Assembly: GCF_001194135.2 (NCBI RefSeq) | Contig: NC_068986.1 | Coordinates: 58,566,568-58,609,138, forward strand | Direction of reading: 5' to 3' | Length of the DNA stretch: 42,571 bases | DNA from: Octopus bimaculoides | Taxonomy: Eukaryota | In this document: in pieces, positions 36,853-42,571 of the stretch | Numbering within the stretch: position 1 is the first letter of the stretch | How the letters are laid out: every line of letters begins with the position of its first letter | Notes under the pieces: model-generated | Seen by the model: the letters and a program-made list of their open reading frames with translations, nothing else | The model's database searches: none | What the model was told of the DNA's origin: nothing | Program-made: the position numbers and the translations under genes

Positions 36853-37845
36853 TATATATGGATGGTGTGGTGAGAAAGGTAAATACTAGAAACTTTGGTA
36901 GGGGAACCCAAATGGTGGGAGAAAATGAAGAGAAATGGCAGGTGAGTCAGTTGCTGTTTGTTGATGATACAACACCGGTGGCGCATTCGGAAGAGCTACT
37001 GAGGAGACTGGTGGCAGAGTGTGGAAGAGTGTGTGAGAGGAAGAAACTGAAAGTGAATATAACTAAGAGTAAGGTGATTAGATGTTCGCGAGATGGAATG
37101 GCTGGTAGGATGAATGTGAGTATAAATGGTGAGATGTTAGAGGAGATGAGTGTTTTAAGTATTGAGATCACATGTGACGGCGGATGGGGGGGATGAGGAA
37201 GTAGGATATAGAGTGAGGGAAGGGAGTGAGATACTTGGAGTTGTGAAAGGTATGCTGAGAGATAAAAGGTTGAGTATGAAAGCGAAAAGAGGAGATATGA
37301 GGGCGTGATTTTGCCGACAATGTTATATAGTGTAGAGACGAGGAGGCTGAGAGAGACAGAAAGGAGGCGACTAGATGTGTTTGAAATGAGTTATTTAAGG
37401 GCTATGGTTGGTGTGACACGAATGGGCAGGATGAGGAGTGAGGAGGGGCGAAGACGAGCAGGAATGAGAGAAAAACCTAACAACCAAAATGGATAGANNN
37501 NNNNNNNAGGAGTGAGGAGGTGCGAAGACGAGCAGGAATGAGAGAAAAACCTAACAACCAAAATGGATAGACGAATGTTGAGGTGGTTTGGCCACATGGA
37601 GAGGATGGGTGAGGAGCGGATGGTAAAGCGGGTGATGAAGACAGACGTGGTAGGCAGCAGAACCAGAGGCAAACCTCGGTTTGTGTGGATGGATGGAGTG
37701 AGAAAACCTTTGATGGTGAGAGGTGTTGGAGTGAGAGAAGCAAGAGAATTTAATAATGATAGCAAAACTTGGAGAGTGTTTGTGAACGGATGAGTAAATG
37801 TGATGTTGCTCAAGAAGGTACGGAACCAGTACGATGCGACGGGGG
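36853..37845 (+). mobile_element. 5'-truncated second RTE-clade LINE nested in the first
   Basis: MDGVVRKVN...SQLLFVDD...RVCERKKLKVNITKSKVI; ILPTMLYSVET...LDVFEMSYLR; LRWFGHMERM...RGKPRFVWMDGVR. Confidence 0.9.
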
Positions 37846-37849
37846 TAAA

Positions 37850-38155
37850 TCAGCAGATGCTGCTAGTGGGCACAGGAATGTTGGGTGACCATGGCTCAGA
37901 TATAAGGAGAGACTGAAGGTAACTCCCAACACCTTTGAGTGAACAGCTTTGGAGCGAACAAAATGGAGATCATTGTGTCAAAATGGTATGAGAAACTTTG
38001 CTGCAACCAGCATTAAGGGGTACAAGGCAAAGGAGAAAAGTGGCTGCAAATATACTACCTGCACTAACCTGTAATCATCAAACTTGCAGGATCTGTGGGC
38101 TTCTTTGTAAATCGTTGGAAAACCATAAATGTTACATTCGACATAAGCATTGTGG
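37850..38155 (+). mobile_element. 3' end of the first RTE LINE, followed by a (CA)n tail
   Basis: GHRNVG*PWLRYKERLK...TALERTKWRSLCQNG...TCRICGLLCKSLENHKCYIRHKH (RTE C-terminal CCHH-like finger). Confidence 0.85.
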
Positions 38156-38192
<37 letters not shown>

Positions 38193-38219
38193 TGATAGAT
38201 ATAGATGTGAATGTACGCA

Positions 38220-38255
<36 letters not shown>

Positions 38256-38482
38256 TGTATGCATGTGTGTATAATTGTATGTATTATGTATGTATTACAA
38301 AGCTTGATTCAGAATACCTTAGATATAACATCTATAATATAGATAACTCTACAGTTATTTATAAGAAACCCGTAGCTCTGAATATTGAGATGATGTGAAA
38401 ACACATCATCGCAATATTTACATATATATCCTCAGATATATATGGCTACATACATGCATACACACACACATATACACACACG

Positions 38483-38519
<37 letters not shown>

Positions 38520-38593
38520 ACACACACACACACACATAGCTGCATACATACGTACATATATATATATATATAATAAATTATACATATATATAT

Positions 38594-38952
38594 ATTCTTT
38601 TATTTGTTTCAGTCATTTGACTGCAGCCATGCTGGGGCATCACCTTTTAGTCGAACAAATCGACCCCAGGACTTCTTTTTAAGCCTTGTACTTATTCCAT
38701 CCGTCTCTTTTGCCAAACCACTAAGTTAGGAGTATGTAAACACACCAACATCGGTTGTCAAGTGATGGGGTGGGGACAAACACAGACACTCAAACACACA
38801 CACAGTATCCGTCTACCAAATCCACTCACAAGGCTTTGGTCGGCCCTAGTCTATAGTAGAAGACACTTGCCCAAGGTGCCACGAAGCGGGGCTGAACCCG
38901 GAACCATGTGGCTGGTAAGCAAGCTACTTACCACAGAGCCACTCCTGCGCCT
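38594..38952 (-). mobile_element. tRNA-derived SINE family A, most complete copy in the window
   Basis: Minus strand reads aggcgcaggagtggctctgtggtaagtagc...ggttccgggttcagccc (A/B boxes) through to aaatgactgaaacaaataaaaga. Confidence 0.92.
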
Positions 38953-38965
38953 GTATATATATATA

Positions 38966-40080
38966 AGAGTGACCTAAAGTTGTATACACACTTTAATAGC
39001 TAAAATCTCAGTTTTCCTTGTATTATTTTCTAGATTTTATATAGCCAGACTGAACTTTGAACGAAAAAAATTTATCCTAAAGTACTACTGTGAGATTCAA
39101 AGCATAGCCCGAGCACAAAGACATTTAGGAGTGTGTTTTAAACAGATCCACCAACGCTATTTACCATCATTTTAAATAGTTATAAGTTTTAAGCAAATGG
39201 AACTGATCAGAATGTCTACAAGAAACCTTCCTGAAGATCGCGATCATCGACGAAACGCAGAAAGCAAGAAAGGGTACAAATAAATCTATGCGACAAACGT
39301 GTTGTGAGTTATGAATTTTTAAATCAAACATTTATCACATTTTGAAGCGGTTTTTAGAAAGTTAACATTTCAAAATCGATAAATGGGGTTTTGCAACGGT
39401 ACTTGCCAAGATATGTCGAAGATGCACACTCTCCAACAAAGATTGCTTGAGGTAATGAGATTACATTTAAATTAAATGGCTCAGTTAACTGCAACAATTA
39501 CACTGAGGACCTGAAAATTCGCCTATTTGGGTGGATCATCATGTTCATTTACCTGGATTAATTAGGCATTTTTTCATGGAATTATGACTTGAACATGCAG
39601 CGACAGTCTGTCATGCCAAGCATTCGAGAAGACTTTGAAGATGTGAAGTTTTATTGCAAGTAAGATGAGCCATTTTTACACTACAGTCGTAATGTAAGGG
39701 ACTAACTTGATGGGTAGTCCTAACATGAGATTTAGACGAAGAGGTTCAGTAGAATATACTCCACGTTCGATGGTTCTCATACCACTAGACATTTTATGGT
39801 GATACTTGAAAGATAAATTTACAATAGAAAACCAGCAATAGTAGTTGATTGATTAAAGGCAGTCATTAAACGAGAATATACACAAAAACCGAACGAAATG
39901 TTTTTGATGTTTGTGATTCCATTGCTTCATGTTATCATCAATGCCGGGAGCAAAACGGTTGGCTATTTGAAAACAAATATTCAAACCAAAAACTCATATT
40001 CTTTTTATAAATTCTATTAAATTTTGAAAATGAAATGTGTTTACACAATCATGCAATGTGCGTATACATTTATTATGGAT

Positions 40081-40088
<8 letters not shown>
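38966..40088 (+). mobile_element. Tc1/mariner (rosa/DD41D-like) transposon remnant
   Basis: From 39041 IARLNFERKKFILKYY..; PPT...YKF*ANGT; RSRSS; FKLNGSVN; MPSIREDFED; RRGSVEYTPRS.VLIPLDILW*YLKDK; DVCDSIAS...QNG. Degenerate TIR-like ends sharing tgtatac(a/g)cac. Confidence 0.88.
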
Positions 40089-40160
<72 letters not shown>

Positions 40161-40209
40161 ATTCTTACGTAAACTTTAACCATCCGTTTTATAGTAGAAA
40201 GGCGATATG

Positions 40210-40895
40210 ATGGTTTTAAATTCCTAACAAAGTCACTTGACCTGCTAGAAATAGATTTGTCTGCTAGAAGTAACAGACAAATCACTCATAAACCAGAACC
40301 CCAGCACCTCCTTAAACAATATGTCGATACATCAGATAATTGGTCCGGATTTCTTGCATGTAAGAAAAAGGACTAGAATGCTTTTGATCACTGTCCTGCT
40401 TGGCCAGAGCAGGCCTGCGGTTAACCAACACCATCAGTGTAGTTTACTGTGAGCCACAGCACAACTTCGCACTATAGTATACAAAATATGATGCAAATGA
40501 TTGAGCAACCACTAGTCACTCGATCTGCTGGAAATAGCAACCAAATTTGTCAGTTAAATCACACCATGCCTGTTAAATTACAAGAGAGAAGGATTATTTG
40601 GCGAATATAGTCATAGATACCTGAAAGACGATGGGATGGGCACGGCTGAAATGCCTTATATCATAAATATGCTCGATTTTCTTGAACTAGACCTGAACAA
40701 CATTAACAAGAATCATACTATGAAGGCACCAATGAGAGAACCACTATATAGTGTGCTCGACCTGCTAAAAATAGTAGCCAAACTTCCTTCAGCTCACATT
40801 GTGCCATCTTAAAGAAATAACAGACATTTGATTGAGTATTCTTCAGGTGTCTGCTCCATCAGGGCTGAGGCGGATTTGAGCAACAATAACAAAAC
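40210..40895 (+). mobile_element. Three head-to-tail copies of family C repeat
   Basis: cacttgacctgctagaaatag (40225), cactcgatctgctggaaatagcaaccaaa (40517) and ctcgacctgctaaaaatagtagccaaa (40756); the last two end in caac/aacaa tails. Confidence 0.65.
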
Positions 40896-41579
40896 CTCGT
40901 GCTACATTACATCAGTGCGCATGACATCAACACAGGATCAGCAATAATTACACTTTGCACAAGGGGCTACCTAATACCCTAAACCCACATATACAACAGA
41001 AAAACTAATATAATAGAGCAGCACAGTATACAACACACAAGTACAGCACACAGGCACAGCACACAAGAACAACAATGTTTTGTTGTTTATGTATAATGTA
41101 ATGCTCTTTATTACGAAACAACCACCTCGTCATACGCGTGTTGCTATATAGCAATTTAAAGAGAGCTCGCTCATGCAGATGTTTGTTTATTCCATATGGG
41201 GTTGTTTGTTCATTCAACAATTGAACAAGCAAACAGACATGATGTATCATCTCCGTCTAACTGTCCCCTTTATTACTTGCTAAAGGAAGTCCGAGAGTTG
41301 ATCGGCAGTTGGTGCCGACCAGAACCTCAGTGAGTCTACTCATTAAAAAAAAAAAAACTCGTGTATCCTGCCAAAGAAGGCTTAAACAAGCAACAATAAA
41401 CAATAATCTTCCACACAGGAAGGGGAGGAGAATTAAAGTAGATATATACCTAAATAAGCATATATGTACATAAGTATACATACAAATAAAGATACATACA
41501 AACATACACACACATATTATACATATATACACACAAACTCAAAATTAGGGGCATATATATACATACATATAATATGTAT

Positions 41580-41620
<41 letters not shown>

Positions 41621-41958
41621 NNNNNNNNNNNNNNNNNNNNNNNNNNNNNNNNNNNNNNNNNNNNNNNNNNNNNNNNNNNNNNNNNNNNNNNNNNNNNNNN
41701 NNNNNNNNNNNNNNNNNNNNNNNNNNNNNNNNNNNNNNNNNNNNNNNNNNNNNNNNNNNNNNNNNNNNNNNNNNNNNNNNNNNNNNNNNNNNNNNNNNNN
41801 NNNNNNNNNNNNNNNNNNNNNNNNNNNNNNNNNNNNNNNNNNNNNNNNNNNNNNNNNNNNNNNNNNNNNNNNNNNNNNNNNNNNNNNNNNNNNNNNNNNN
41901 NNNNNNNNNNNNNNNNNNNNNNNNNNNNNNNNNNNNNNNNNNNNNNNNNNNNNNNNNN

Positions 41959-42000
41959 ATAATATTAATAATAATAATAATAATGATAATAATAATAATA

Positions 42001-42085
<85 letters not shown>

Positions 42086-42086
42086 G

Positions 42087-42148
<62 letters not shown>

Positions 42149-42170
42149 TAATAATAATAATAATAAAAAA
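41959..42170. repeat. (AAT)n-(TTA)n-(ATA)n strand-switching microsatellite
   Basis: Seen directly. Confidence 0.95.
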
Positions 42171-42469
42171 TGATAATGATAGTACTTGTAAATCGAAATG
42201 TAAGTATATGTATATATATGTATATATATGTATGTATGTAAGTAAGCATATATGTCTATATATGTATGCATGCATCCAATGCAAGAGTGAGGAAGACGGT
42301 AATACAAAAGTCAACAAATATAATGAATAGATGGGTAAATAAATAAATAAGTATATTAGACAAATCAAAACAAAAGAGCAATAAAAGAGCAATAAAAGAG
42401 TAAAAGAGTGCCACCGTCATATAGAATAACTACTGATATAACAATATAGCCTATGTTCAAAATATACAG

Positions 42470-42571
<102 letters not shown>

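Larger units (their letters stand above)
3363..41958. other. Assembly gaps (N-runs): 3363-3769, 7803-8465, 10071-10109, 12540-12639, 14597-14755, 16012-16886, 17728-18133, 24402-25110, 27981-28001, 28356-28365, 29286-29922, 33206-33260, 37498-37507, 41621-41958
   Basis: Runs of n, mostly flanked by (TA)n or other microsatellites. Confidence 0.99.

Noticed and set aside
37430-37557. ~65-bp tandem duplication within the nested RTE
   Set aside because: The copies flank a 10-N gap; most likely an unmerged contig overlap
39231-39262. ctgaagatcgcgatcatcgacgaaacgc as a hammerhead ribozyme
   Set aside because: No stem II closure, no cleavage triplet, and it is explained as the S*RSRSST codons (GRPRSS-type motif) of the mariner transposase
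2012-42392. Long YI/HT/CV/poly-I/poly-L and X-filled ORFs in the track
   Set aside because: Translations of microsatellites and N gaps

Overview
AT-rich, gap-ridden draft eukaryotic DNA (14 N-runs), dense in (TA)n/(CA)n/(CATA)n/trinucleotide microsatellites and tRNA-derived SINEs. The SINE and repeat families match my recollection of octopus repeats, so the source is probably an Octopus draft assembly (inference, not searched). No host protein-coding gene could be supported; most track ORFs are microsatellite or N artefacts. The recognisable content is decayed transposable elements: an R4/Dong-type RLE endonuclease split by an insertion containing a hAT MITE with a perfect 8-bp TSD (1.0-2.1 kb), a second hAT MITE with a perfect TSD (14.9-15.1 kb), a Penelope-like RT/GIY-YIG remnant (25.8-26.9 kb), a near full-length RTE LINE with a second RTE nested in it (33.5-38.2 kb) and a rosa/DD41D-like Tc1/mariner remnant (39-40.1 kb). 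The most notable features not explained by ORFs are (i) a type I minimal hammerhead-ribozyme-like fold at 25249-25318, upstream of and co-oriented with the Penelope remnant, and (ii) five fold-back (inverted-repeat) elements between 12.7 and 22.6 kb. These include a ~1.1 kb hairpin lodged inside a split SINE and a 369-bp near-palindrome whose arms carry hammerhead-like core motifs. Identities are by-eye estimates.
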